DNA of 64,000 bases from positions 1 through 64,000 of the forward strand of contig NW_005434660.1 in the NCBI RefSeq assembly GCF_000315625.1, in the 5' to 3' direction. The translations under genes and the position numbers were made by a program. Positions within the stretch are counted from its first letter, which is position 1; every line of letters starts with the position of its first letter. Below are positions 9,939 to 20,787 of this stretch, piece after piece. Source of the DNA: Guillardia theta CCMP2712 (taxonomy: Eukaryota; Protista; Cryptophyta). The notes under the pieces are model-generated. The model was not told the origin of the DNA and made no database searches. It worked only from the letters and a program-made list of their open reading frames with translations.

Positions 9939-9962
9939 ACAAAGAGAAAATTTTCTCTTTGT
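9939..9962. promoter_or_regulatory. 24-bp perfect palindrome at the primer-binding-site position
   Basis: ACAAAGAGAAAATTTTCTCTTTGT abuts the 5' LTR; there is no TGG-starting tRNA-complementary PBS. Confidence 0.8.
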
Positions 9963-10388
9963 AATCGAATCAACCTCCACCTCACTGGCCAGAATCTATT
10001 TAACCCAAGATCCACCAAAGACTAATTCTCAGTACACCTGAGATCCTTACACCAACCTTATTCACCTCAACGATACACAGCTGTGCAGTCTCTATCACCT
10101 TCACTGATGGTGATAGAACTCTCAGAAGAACCACACAACACCACCAACACTTCCTTTATTCACAGCAGTCACCTTCCCTTCAGTCCCTTGCAACCCAGTA
10201 CAATGCACAGCGCGCAGTGGACACGTGTCCTCCTAACCCCCTCTTCTCCGCCTGACCCTCAGGCTCGTCGATTCCTTAATTCCAGACCTATGTCGAAACC
10301 CACTTCCATCTCGCTGAGCTTCGTCCATCGATGAGACGCAATACCCTGAACTTCTCGCCGTCTCCAAGAACTTATCCGAGTTCTTACA
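9962..10388 (-). repeat. 5' LTR (427 bp; 9960-10388 if the TG..CA end is used)
   Basis: Direct repeat of 2416-2841. Confidence 0.95.
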
Positions 10389-10580
10389 ATCTTTCTTAGT
10401 AGTATACACCCACATGCCGCGTGCTATGATTTTTCCTCGTGTTTCTTCAGAATCCCTTGAAACTATGGTCCAAACCTTGCGTTCCTCCATCTTGTGAATT
10501 TCAGCTCGTTCAGCCGCTTCCCACAGCTCCCTGTCTGGACGCATCAACATCTCTTTCCTATTCCTAGGATCAGCTGTCAT
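10389..10580 (-). pseudogene. Upstream half of the RT of an older, related copia element (insertion target)
   Basis: TADPRNRKEMLMRPDRELWEAAERAEIHKMEERKVW..RGMWVYTTKKD is homologous but not identical to the inserted element's RT. Confidence 0.9.
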
Positions 10581-10618
10581 GTGGCTCGTTTGCAGTCGAG
10601 CTCACAGCCGACACCTTC

Positions 10619-11667
10619 GTGCCGAGAGGAAAGATTGCCAAGCAGAGGAAGGCACTTCGCGACAGGGAGCAGGCTCCAAGCGGCAGTTTCAGGGTGCAGA
10701 TCAAGTCGAAGTCAAGCATGAGCACAGGCCGCTTCTCGAGGAAGGAGATGGAAGCACTGTGCGGAGGAGGTAACACATCGACCACGCGAGTCAAGCGAGC
10801 CATGTTGGAATTAGCAAGAAGAATGAACCTCAAGCTTGCCAGCATTGAGGTTCAAGAAGATCGAGACACGCTGAGCTGGGATGGGAGCCTGATAGCTCTC
10901 TCCCTGGCGACCAAGGCAGAGGCTCGACGTCTGATGGAAGACATCCCCTTCTACCGTCTGCCTTGGAAGGGGTCCTGGAAGTCAAGCTGGACTCCCCGGA
11001 AGCTGTGGGTTTCAAGTGGAGCTCTCAGGATGAAGAGGAGAGCGAGGAGCAAGCTCAGGACCCCCAAGGGCAGCAGCAAGGCGCTGGATGGCTGGAGCTC
11101 AGCGACATCGACAGGATTACTCTGGAGGCGGCCTCGCCGTCAGGACCAGTCGACCAGCAGGTCTTGGTCGACCTCTCGACGATGCTCCTGGAGACGTCAG
11201 AGGAGGATCTACTTGCTGGCAAGCCGATCTCGCTGGCCGAGCTAGACAAGAGTGTCGGGAAGCTGCATGACACCTTCTACTCGCCGGGCAACGTGGAGTT
11301 CATGCCAACGCTCGGAGCTTGGGCAGCCACGCCGACGTTGGGATCGAAGCGCAACATGTTGAAAGAAAAGCTCAGAGCTTACCTCGGCGAGCAGCGCTGG
11401 ACACGGGTGCAAGGGAACAAGGCAGCGAGGAGGGGCAGCGCCTTCTCTCCAAGGGCAGCAGCGACTGATGCGCTTGTCAGTGAGCAGGAGGCTGAGAGCG
11501 ATGACATCGAGAGTCGATCTGTGAGCCTCTTGTTTCTTGCGATCAGTAAATTTGCTGAAAACCAAGGCCTGAAATGCACGGGCAAGGTCGACAAGCGAGA
11601 CCGACTGCGGCTGATGCTGAAGGAAGAAGTCGACATGGAAGCTGAGGAGGGCGAGGTTGAGTCTTAG
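10619..11667 (+). pseudogene. GC-rich intronless coding block of unknown function (two overlapping ORFs, probable frameshift near 10960); possibly retroelement ORF1-like
   Basis: The first half of ORF 10619..11245 and ORF 10963..11667 both read as protein-like; no catalytic motif recognised. Confidence 0.4.
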
Positions 11668-12157
11668 AGGTGGACAAGAGGCGGAGCGGAGCTGTGGGCC
11701 CCAAGGCGGGAAGGAGGAAGAAATAAATGAGGTGGACATGGGGCAAGCAACGAAGGTACTATTGAAGGCAGGTAAGCCGGTGGGGGAGGGGAGGGGGGGG
11801 CGGGGGGGGAGGAGGGCCCGGGCGGCGACCGGCCGGGCTTTCGGGCCCGGTCGTGACCGAGGCCTGGGGGAAGGGACGTGAGTCACCATCATCCACTCAC
11901 TGGCCGAAGGCCGGCCGGAGCACCAACGAGTGCCGAGGCCGGGGAAGCAATACTGTGACAAGTTAAGTACGGACGACCCATGCCGCAAGGCCGGCGGAGG
12001 CAACTCCACTGGCTGAGGATGGAGAAGACCATTGAAGTATAACAGAGGAGGGAGCAGAGCAGAAGCACGGCTGCCATAGGGGCCAGCCAAGTCGGGCCGA
12101 ACCAAACCTTGAGATCCTTCCTAGCATTCTAATAAACTCAACCGTTACTAGGGCAAG

Positions 12158-12183
12158 TTAGGGTTTAGGGTTTAGGGTTTAGG
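12158..12183 (+). repeat. Interstitial telomere-type repeat (TTTAGGG, about 3.5 units)
   Basis: TTAGGGTTTAGGGTTTAGGGTTTAGG read directly. Confidence 0.85.
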
Positions 12184-12188
12184 AGCCG

Positions 12189-12297
12189 GAGGCAGCCGGG
12201 CCTTGTCAGAGGCAGCCGGGCCTTGTCAGAGGCAGCGGGGCCTTGTCAGAGGCACTGAGCCGGGCCTGGTCAGAGGCAGCCGGGCCTTGTCAGAGGC
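12189..12297. repeat. 20-bp tandem repeat (GCAGCCGGGCCTTGTCAGAG) x about 5
   Basis: Read directly, with minor variants. Confidence 0.9.
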
Positions 12298-14695
12298 ACA
12301 TGCTGCCCTGCGGCGCGTAGGGAGAGCGCAAGGGGACCGGTGGAAGCTGCGAGCAAGAGGTTTGTATCGTTCAAACAGCTCAGTACCTAAGCATGGTACT
12401 ACAGTATGATGAGAGCGTTCGCAACCTGCTGTATCGGAGATCCATGCCGTTCACTTTTAGCCCTTTCGTTAATTTCCACTCTTCTTTTCGAGAAAGTTTT
12501 TTTTGGGGTGGCGTGTGAATTCAAACAAGTTTTCAACGGCAGCAAGAGATACCTCCAAAGAGTACCAGTAGTGCAGTTTAGTTATCATTTCTGCTAGGCC
12601 TTTACATGTATTTTAACTTTCATTTCAGAGGGTTGAAATGTTTTCAACCTCGTACACGCCCGACTCATGTCTCCCCTACACGCCGGCACGTAGCACCAAA
12701 GCTGCTCCTCCAACGATGCCGCTGTAAGACCATCCGCTGCTGTAGCCAGCATCAGATCTCAGCATGCAAGGCTTTGTTAGGTTTGAAGCTCTCTAGTCAG
12801 CACAGTTTGAGACCTGAGACCGCTAGGTTCGTGGTGATGCGTTCGGTGACAACAGAGTGTGCAGCAATGGCGTTGTGAGATCCATGGTTCAAAAGGTTAT
12901 TATGAAGAACAAGATGATGAAAACATGAGGTTTGAATCCAGTGTAGGAGATCGCTTGTCATTTTGACTTGACACCGACCTTATGGCAGCGCAGAATAATC
13001 ATAAGATACTTACCTGCGATGAATGATTTTTGAATTGCATATTTTCCACATGCGATGCCTTGAAGATTTGTTTGATGGAGATTGCATCATGTTGCAGATC
13101 CACGTAATTAGTCAAGCTCACTTGTTATATTAGACATCAAGCATTGCATAGATTGTTTCACAAGATTTCTGCATGCATTTCGCCTACTGCAGTGAGGATG
13201 TTTGATTGCATGTAAACACTGATGCCGCCAGAGGCAATCAAGACATCTTAAGCCTTGAACACCGTCGAGAGTCTCCACTTCTGAGATTTGCAGAGTGTGT
13301 TGATTTCTTGATGCGTGGGATTAGTTTTGAGCGTTCATCTAGCTGTGATGTCGGACATTTGAACCGTCAACACAGTATGCACACATGTATTATTTGTTCT
13401 ATTGTGAAATAAAGTGATCTCAGTCTTGCATTCGAGGCCATGCTAAAGAGCATTTCTGTATCTTCTTTCATTTCACATAAATGCAGAATGCATGCAGGGG
13501 TTGAATGATGATGAAAACATCACTTCCCCTGTAGACCATTCCGACTCACTGTAAGCTTGGGATCGACATCACAAGTGGTAGTGATCTGATTGCAGAAATC
13601 TTTATACATTCATGAGGTATCATTCTTTGCAACAATCTAATTACAATGACAACCGCAAGTAGCATCAAATACATGCGCAATGGTCAGCACAATAAGCCTC
13701 ACATTGGTTTCTTCGTTGTGCCTGCATAGCAGAGATACATCAAAAAGTTGCAAATAAACCTAATTATGCACAATGTATGCTTGTAGCTCTAGTAAGCCAC
13801 ATTGATTGCTGTAGGATTCTCATCCTGTGGTTGAAACAGACTTTCCATGTCGCCGCAGCTACGTGGAGCATGTTGATCCTTGAGCATTTTGAATGCATGC
13901 TCAAGCAGAACCAATGTGAAGATGTTGCTTTTGAGGATCTGAACTGCAAATACTTGAATGTTTCTAGCATATTTGCAAGATTGGAGTGCATGAAAGCACC
14001 TCATTTGCAAACTGATGGTGCAGCATTGTAAACCATACTTCCTCTCTGAATCCTCGTACATACGGCTCTCATGCTTGAAACAACGAATAAGAGAGCAGAA
14101 AAGGTGTATTCATCTTTTGCAATGTATTCTAAAGACATCTTCATTCCTAGACAGCTTTCTCTGTCATGCAGCCATGTAAGAGAAGCGGAATTCAAAACTT
14201 TCTTTCAAAGTCAGAGACTAAGAAAAGGTCTTAGTCTATCTACATGGATACATTAGACGATTAAATTCTCATCCACATTCAAGCAGCAATAGATTCGAAG
14301 CCTCTCACCATGATGACTTGTCGTTGCATGCGGGTGAAGGAAGTTTCTTTTTCACTCAGTCAATAAAGAAGTATATCCTGCAGCTTGCTAAAACACCTTT
14401 CAGCCTCGCACACTTCATTTCAATAAGGGTTGAGTGTCTTTTTCTTATATACATTTGCCCCTTCTTTTCTCATCAGGATTTTTCACTGTTATGCTGTGTA
14501 AAATATTTTCACTCTGTTGTGCTGCGAAAACTTTTAAGAGAATGTGAGAAATCCTTAGCAGAAAGTGTCGTGAGCCTGAAAAAATTCAAAAAAAGACATT
14601 CTCTGGGATAGATTCAGCGATCATCTTCTCGAAGCAGCCACACTTTACACGAATGATCCAGTCTTGCTTGTTTCAAGTTTGCATCGGCGTGTATC

Positions 14696-15300
14696 ATGTC
14701 CAACCAACCAAACTCAGAACTGAAAACATGCAAGTTGTGCAAGCGCAAGCAGCTCTTCCATCACGTCTGTGCGTCTGTGGTGACCCAGGCAGGCGAGGTA
14801 AACCATTGCGGCAAATGTGACAAACCAGCTGCACCGGAGAAGGAGAGCAGACCTTTGAGGCGCCGCCGGGCAGGGAATCGTGGGAGGGTGATCAGTACAG
14901 GGAAGCTTTCCATGATCTGGCGTCTCCAAGTGGGTCAATATCAGCACCCAGAGGAATGACGCGAGGTGCTTGAGTTGTCCAAATCCTCCAAGGCTCACGA
15001 GGTGGGCGCCCTATTCGCCGTAGGCGGCTCCTATCTTTGAAGCACGAATACACGACAGTCTGAGGGTGCCATTGCCTTACTTCGCTCTTGAGGCAGCCTG
15101 TACCGAAGTGAACCTGTATTAGCACATGGAATACTACAAGGTTGTGGACATTGACAAGTATGGGGCGACAAAGAATTGTTATCGATGCAAATCGAAGAGA
15201 AACGGCGGGGCTTTGAAGCAGTGGCAACTGAGGTACGAGGTTTGAAATGGTGTGGATCCACCAGATGTTCAAGAGGTCGGATATTATCTCGCCGCATGTA
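14696..15300 (+). pseudogene. Degenerate Cys-rich (PHD/RING-like) coding remnant
   Basis: CKLC..HHVC..CGKC in ORF 14696..14959; further CxxC motifs downstream are broken by stops. Confidence 0.3.
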
Positions 15301-15700
15301 AATGTTGAACTGAACATCCTGCTCATAGAGTAATCAGTGACGTGAGTTGAAAGCAGGTCACGGCAGCAACTCACACCATCATTGCAAAACAAACTTCCTT
15401 CTGCGTATTGCCAGCACGGTTTGTCAGTGGAAGAGTCTATCGGATAGCGTCTAGTCATTTCACTGAGGAAGGCGCCACGTCGTGACGAATGTCCTCATCT
15501 CACAACGCAAAGATTGCTGGGCACTGGCAACTTTGTATATTTCGAAATGATCGCCTACATGTGCAAAACAGGAATTCTGACGATTCTAAAGTCTTTGAAG
15601 CACAATCTTGCAAGGCGACTGTCTACGTGCAAAAACTTCTCTTCTTCTGTCGCGTCCTCCCAGGTTCCAACTACTCCCTTGGCGCTGCTCTTACGATTGA

Positions 15701-18059
15701 CTACGTATGCTGCGGAGCGAAACTCATCCATCCCCTTGGCCTCCGCATCGCATCCTCCTTCGAAAGCATCATGATATACTGAGTTACTCCCCTCATTTGA
15801 CTCTCCTGCTCCTGGTTTGCCTTCACTCCCTGAGATGTCAAGCCTTGATCTCGTCCCCAGCAGGGCATTTCCTCATGCCCTGAAGGTACAACGAACACAA
15901 AGTTTACCCTCTCAAACTTGTTCTTGGCTTGCAGAGCTTTCAAGATGCTGAGCAATGAGTCCACTTTGATAGGATGTTTCCCCGCTCGTGTTATCTGGAA
16001 CATGTAGAGAACCCCGCTGGCAGACAATGACATCCCATCCATGCAAGCGAAGTTTAATGCCTTTGGCTTACAGTATGCATTCGGCATGATCACCCACTCC
16101 TCCAAGTCTCTGATTGATGATGCAAATTCAATGTACGGTTGCGATCTCTTCAACTTCAGCTTCTTTAACCCGTTTCTATCGCCCTTATCCTTCTCCAGCC
16201 TTCGCAGATTGTATTTTCCTCCTCCCTTCAGCACCTCATGCGCAATGTGTTCAAAAGCTACACCTGCTGCTGACTCATAGCCAGAATTAGGACTCGAAAA
16301 AGCAAAGTCGACAACATGATCCCAATCCCTTTTCACAAGGGCCTCAAATATCATCGTCTCGGCCTTCTTCGAGCATATTCGAGCGGTAAAGGATCTGTAG
16401 TCAGTGCTGGGGGAAAGGTGAATCAGTTTCGATGGCATTCCAAGGTCTTCATTCACTGCTGCATCCATCTTCCTCTTGAGTGATGACACTGATTCTATTC
16501 CTTCAACAGCCTGCTCAAGTGTCTCTAAAGGTTTCACGACGATATTTCTCGGCACATTGCCCCAATCCTCTACGATCTTCATCACTTCATCGGAGTCAAT
16601 ACGCCCCCATTGCATCATGATGAAGAGTGACATCTCATCGTCTGACCACAACGGCAAGAAATATCTCTTCGCCGATCCAGTATTCACAATTTCCTTGAAC
16701 ATCCCATACTTCGGTGAAGAGATTATGATTGTTTTGGCGGTTCGTGACATTGAATAGCTCCCCTGGTTTTTGTACAGATCACAGATATACCAGCGCCTAA
16801 ACATTTGGAGAAAGCGTTGCGCTACGGATCCATCCATGAACAGGTTCCATGCTTCTCCATCAAAGTACCAATATTCACTCCCTATCTGATACACTACTTC
16901 CTCACCAGGCCGGAGGAGCTGAAGAAGTAAGAAGTATGCGAAGCAGGACTTCCCGATCCCTGGAGTACCTGTGAGGATCACTTGATGGCATCCTTGATTG
17001 GTGTCCATGCCCTCTAGCGTCTCTGGGTCCAACTTGAAATCCTCTGCAATTTTCCGCCTCATCTCGAAGTAGCACTCTCGTATGAAGAGCTTGTTTCCAA
17101 GTGTCTCGTGGCCTCCTAAGCATGCGGAGAAGCTGACGTATTCATTAGCCCGTAAAACCTTTCCTGCGCATGCGGTAGTCCAGAGCTCTTTCAAGAAACT
17201 TAGCATGCCAACTAGCATAAGTCCTGTTAGTACCCATGATAGCCACATTCAATTCTGTTTCACCTTCAGGTCTTGACACACTGTCTCTAAGTTGCACAGG
17301 ACGTGGAATAAGCCTCTCAACCTGCTCATCCTTGTCCAAGAGCAGCTTCTCCCTGTCTAAAAGCCGCTGCTGGTACGCTACAAGCTGCTTCTTGTCCTCT
17401 ACAAGCTGCTGCTGGTACGCTACAAGCTGCTGCTGGTACGCTACAAGCTGCTGCACAAGCTGCATGTGGACCTCCTTCAGCATTTGGTTATTTTGATCTT
17501 GCATCCTTCTCAACACATCTGTGATCTCTTTTTGTACACCTTTGATCTCTTTTTGTACACCTTTGATCTCTTGTTGTACACCTTTGATCTCTTGTTGTAC
17601 ATCTCCGATCTCTTCAATTTTCCTCTCTCGTTGTTCTCCCTCGATTTCTGATTGCACCCCCTCGATCCCTTCGTCCTGCTTTGTCAGAATCTCGAGATCA
17701 AGAATGTTGGAGCTCCCCTGCATGACGGCATTTGTGAATTGTTTTCTTGATTTTTTGCCATTCTTATCTGCAGCGTCAATGGCTATGTCATAGACACTCA
17801 ACATGTGTGGAGCTCCCTCTTGAACAGAAGCGTTCTTCTCATCTCCGCCATCATTTCCTCCCCGTATCCCAAGACAAGAGCGCTGACAAACAGCACTCTG
17901 CTCGCGATGGAACCGAGTCCACTGAAGGCAACACAATCCCTGCAGTAACAACACAAGTTCAAAAAGCTTTTATCTAGCACTGAGGATTATGCCTACCTCT
18001 GAGCTCGAAATGATAATTGAGCTCAACCAAAGGAATCCAAGAGGCGACACGAGCGACAT
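15701..18059 (-). CDS. Crinkler/RHS-like protein, copy 2 (complete): signal peptide + coiled coil + P-loop NTPase + C-terminal PD-(D/E)xK-type REase
   Basis: Introns 17940-17996 and 17212(or 17224)-17263 join the three exons in frame. Motifs: ILTGTPGIGKS, WYICD, IIISSP, YFLPLWS, WGNVPR, GVAFEHIAH, KPKALNFACMD..YMFQIT..HPIK. Confidence 0.85.
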
Positions 18060-18152
18060 GGCACCCAAGACGCACTTTCCCCCCTGCTGGCAAAGAGCAA
18101 ACTTAGGCTTGACAAGAAGGCTTGTTTGACGTGGAGGTTGCCTGTATTCCCA

Positions 18153-18594
18153 TCTGCCTCTGCCTCTGCCTCTGCCTCTGCCTCTGCCTCTGCCTCTGCC
18201 TCTGCCTCTGCCTCTGCCTCTGCCTCTGCCTCTGCCTCTGCCTCTGCCTCTGCCTCTGCCTCTGCCTCTGCCTCTGCCTCTGCCTCTGCCTCTGCCTCCG
18301 CCTCCGCCTCCGCCTCCGCCTCCGCCTCCGCCTCCGCCTCTGCCTCTGCCTCTGCCTCTGCCTCTGCCTCTGTCTCTGCCTCTGCCTCTGCCTCTGCCTC
18401 TGGCTCTGGCTCTGTCTCTGTCTCTGTCTCTGTCTCTGTCTCTGTCTCTGTCTCTGTCTCTGTCTCTGCCTCTGTCTCTGTCTCTGTCTCTGTCTCTGTC
18501 TCTGTCTCTGCCTCTGCCTCTGCCTCTGCCTCTGCCTCTGCCTCTGTCTCTGTCTCTGTCTCTGTCTCTGTCTCTGTCTCTGTCTCCGTCTCTC
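18153..18594. repeat. Compound hexanucleotide microsatellite (GCCTCT/GCCTCC/GTCTCT)n
   Basis: Read directly; accounts for the low-complexity ORFs in this interval. Confidence 0.97.
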
Positions 18595-19097
18595 AGTTTT
18601 TCTCTCACTCGCTCGCTCGCTCTCCCTCCTTCCCTCTCGCATCCACCCATTTACACATTCACCATCGCTCGCTCGCAATTTTTTTTTATCCCAAGATGTA
18701 GGGCGCCTCCAAAAAAAGCTTAGGATTCTCTTTTTTGGTAAAATTTGAAAAAAGTGCCCTGCGAGATCCAGTCCTTGAATTCCGTCACGTCGACCGTGAC
18801 CGGGGATCGGATTGCTTGTATCCACCCGGCCACCTTGCATGGACCACCCTGCCTCTAGGTTGTTGTTCTATGGTAGGACCCCTCTTCTGTCTATAAAGAA
18901 GGGGGTCACTTAAGGCTGTCTTCATTCGGACGTGTTTTTGGGAAAAATATGAAAGTTTTCCCCAAAATTTCTCCCAACCCCCACTTTATTCGAGTGGAAA
19001 AAGAAAGTTTTCTTTTTCCAGGCCCGGATTTCGGGAGAAATTTAGCTTTCTTTCTCCCGCTCTGGATTTCTTGAAAAAGAAAATTCCCGCCCAAGCC

Positions 19098-20245
19098 ATG
19101 CCGCCGGCATCGAACAATGGCGGCGGCATTGTTCATGTTGATGACCCCATGTTCATGTTTCTGGTATCTTGTCCTGTTGAATTGATGAGACTTTACCTTT
19201 CCGCTCATCAAGCTCGAGCACTGCATGACTCTGAACCTCTTCCACGAGCTCGAAAGAAGCGAAAGGTGGAGGAGCAGCCTCGGCTCGCAAGGAATTATGC
19301 AGAATCCAGGTGGGCTGTGCTCCTGCAAGATCCTTCACTTGCTGATCCATCGTCACGTGCTGCCAAAGAATTCAGACGTACTGAGCTTTCGTTTGCCATA
19401 TCCTGTTTTTCTTGACATTGTCAAACTGGCTCGTGAAGAGAAATGAGTATCATGATCAGACCACCACCGTGTGTGGGCAGCCCATGCCGCCCCTTGAACT
19501 CATGATTCTTGGTGTTCTGCGTGTGTTAGGAGGAGGGTACAGTTTCAACAATGAATGATCCGTGAAGGGAATGGGGCATGTGAGGCATCCAATCGTAACT
19601 TTTTCCACAAGTTCTGTCGAAACATGGCAAAGCAGTATCCCAAGTATGTATAACCCCCGACCACGCCAGATGAAATCTTCAAAAACCAGGGAAATGTACC
19701 GCAAGAAAAGTTTTCCAGGGTGTATCGCGTCATATGACTGTGTACATATTCCCATGACAAGACAATTGCACGCTACGATTCATTCTTGCAATCCGTGCAT
19801 CAGGGAGGTCGTTATGCGCAAGAAGAGTTTGTCTTGTATGTTGGTGAAGGTCGTGTACAAACTCACAAAGGATTGTGGATCATGGTCGATCAAGGCTATC
19901 ACCGTTGGAGGGTGTTAAAATGTCCTTTACCTTACATAGTCGATATTGATAGACGACAGTGGACTCGAGCATTGGAATCATGTCGGAAGGATGTGGAGTG
20001 CTTTTTTGGAAGATTGAAGATGCGTTTCAGGTGTGTGAAGATACCGTGCAACTTTTGGTACAAGGATGAAGTGGACAACATGTTCGTGACATGTCGTATT
20101 CTTCAAAACATCATACTTGCGCATGATGCACAGACGTCGGATGGTGCAGAAGCCGCCGATGTTCAGGTTGAAGTTGAAAACAGAGAGGATGCAGAAGCCG
20201 CCGATGTTCAGGTTGAAGTTGAAAACAGAGAGGATGAGGAATATG
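19098..20245 (+). pseudogene. Harbinger DDE transposase with stops and frameshifts
   Basis: FRLPYPVF, FPGCIASYDCVH, VDQGY, LESCRKDVECFFGRLKMRF motifs. Confidence 0.9.
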
Positions 20246-20249
20246 ATGG

Positions 20250-20595
20250 TATTGCAATTCACATGATTGCAATTCACAAGGAATTCGGGATTGTATCGGT
20301 TGTTTATCAAATCTTTAGTATCATTGTAAAACTCCATGATACTGGATCCTGGCCATGGCTGATTTTTTGATTTGTACAACAACAACTCCTCTGTCAAACC
20401 TGGTATTTCACTGCCATGCTGCTGGAGGAAATCACGAACATGCTTAGGATATGCTTCTTCAAGTAAGACATGCAACTCTGTAATTTTCCGTAGTCCTCCA
20501 TCTGACACATCAAGGAACGTAAGACATGCAATAAGCCTCCCGTAAGGCTTGGCTAGTGAGGGTTTCATGCTGCCTGGTCCCGCTGGTGCCTGCAT
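20250..20595 (-). pseudogene. Convergent second ORF of the Harbinger element (truncated)
   Basis: N-terminal part of ORF 19978..20595 lies inside the TIRs, at the position of the accessory ORF in Harbingers; Myb/SANT identity is not evident. Confidence 0.45.
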
Positions 20596-20754
20596 GGAGC
20601 CACTTCCCTGGTGCGCGGGAACCTTTTAATTTTCGAAAATTTGAAATGCTCGAATAAAGTGCAACTTCGACAACCTCAGATTTTTTGAAACCGGGGGAAA
20701 AGAAAACTTAATTTTTCCTTTTTCCCGGCCTCCGAATAAAGATAGCCTAAGCAA

Positions 20755-20787
20755 AAACCCTAAACCCTAAAACCATATAAACCCTAA
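20755..20787 (-). repeat. Degenerate telomere-type repeat (CCCTAAA)
   Basis: AACCCTAAACCCTAAAACCATATAAACCCTAA read directly. Confidence 0.65.

Larger units (their letters stand above)
2416..10388 (-). mobile_element. Full-length Ty1/copia LTR retrotransposon, recent insertion, coding region disrupted
   Basis: LTRs 2416-2841 and 9962-10388 differ by about one indel. 5-bp TSD ATCTT at 2411-2415 and 10389-10393. Domain order gag-PR-IN-RT-RNaseH. PPT next to the 3' LTR. Confidence 0.97.
18914..20747 (+). mobile_element. PIF/Harbinger DNA transposon (defective)
   Basis: TIRs GGCTGTCTTCATTCGGA and TCCGAATAAAGATAGCC (15/17 match). TAA TSD at 18911-18913 and 20748-20750. Transposase remnant inside. 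Confidence 0.93.

Noticed and set aside
11951-11962. 12-bp match TACTGTGACAAG to the copia stop-codon region
   Set aside because: Too short and does not extend; compatible with chance.
17970-18840. RG-, RQ-, CL- and SA-repeat ORFs
   Set aside because: They are translations of the hexanucleotide microsatellite in several frames.
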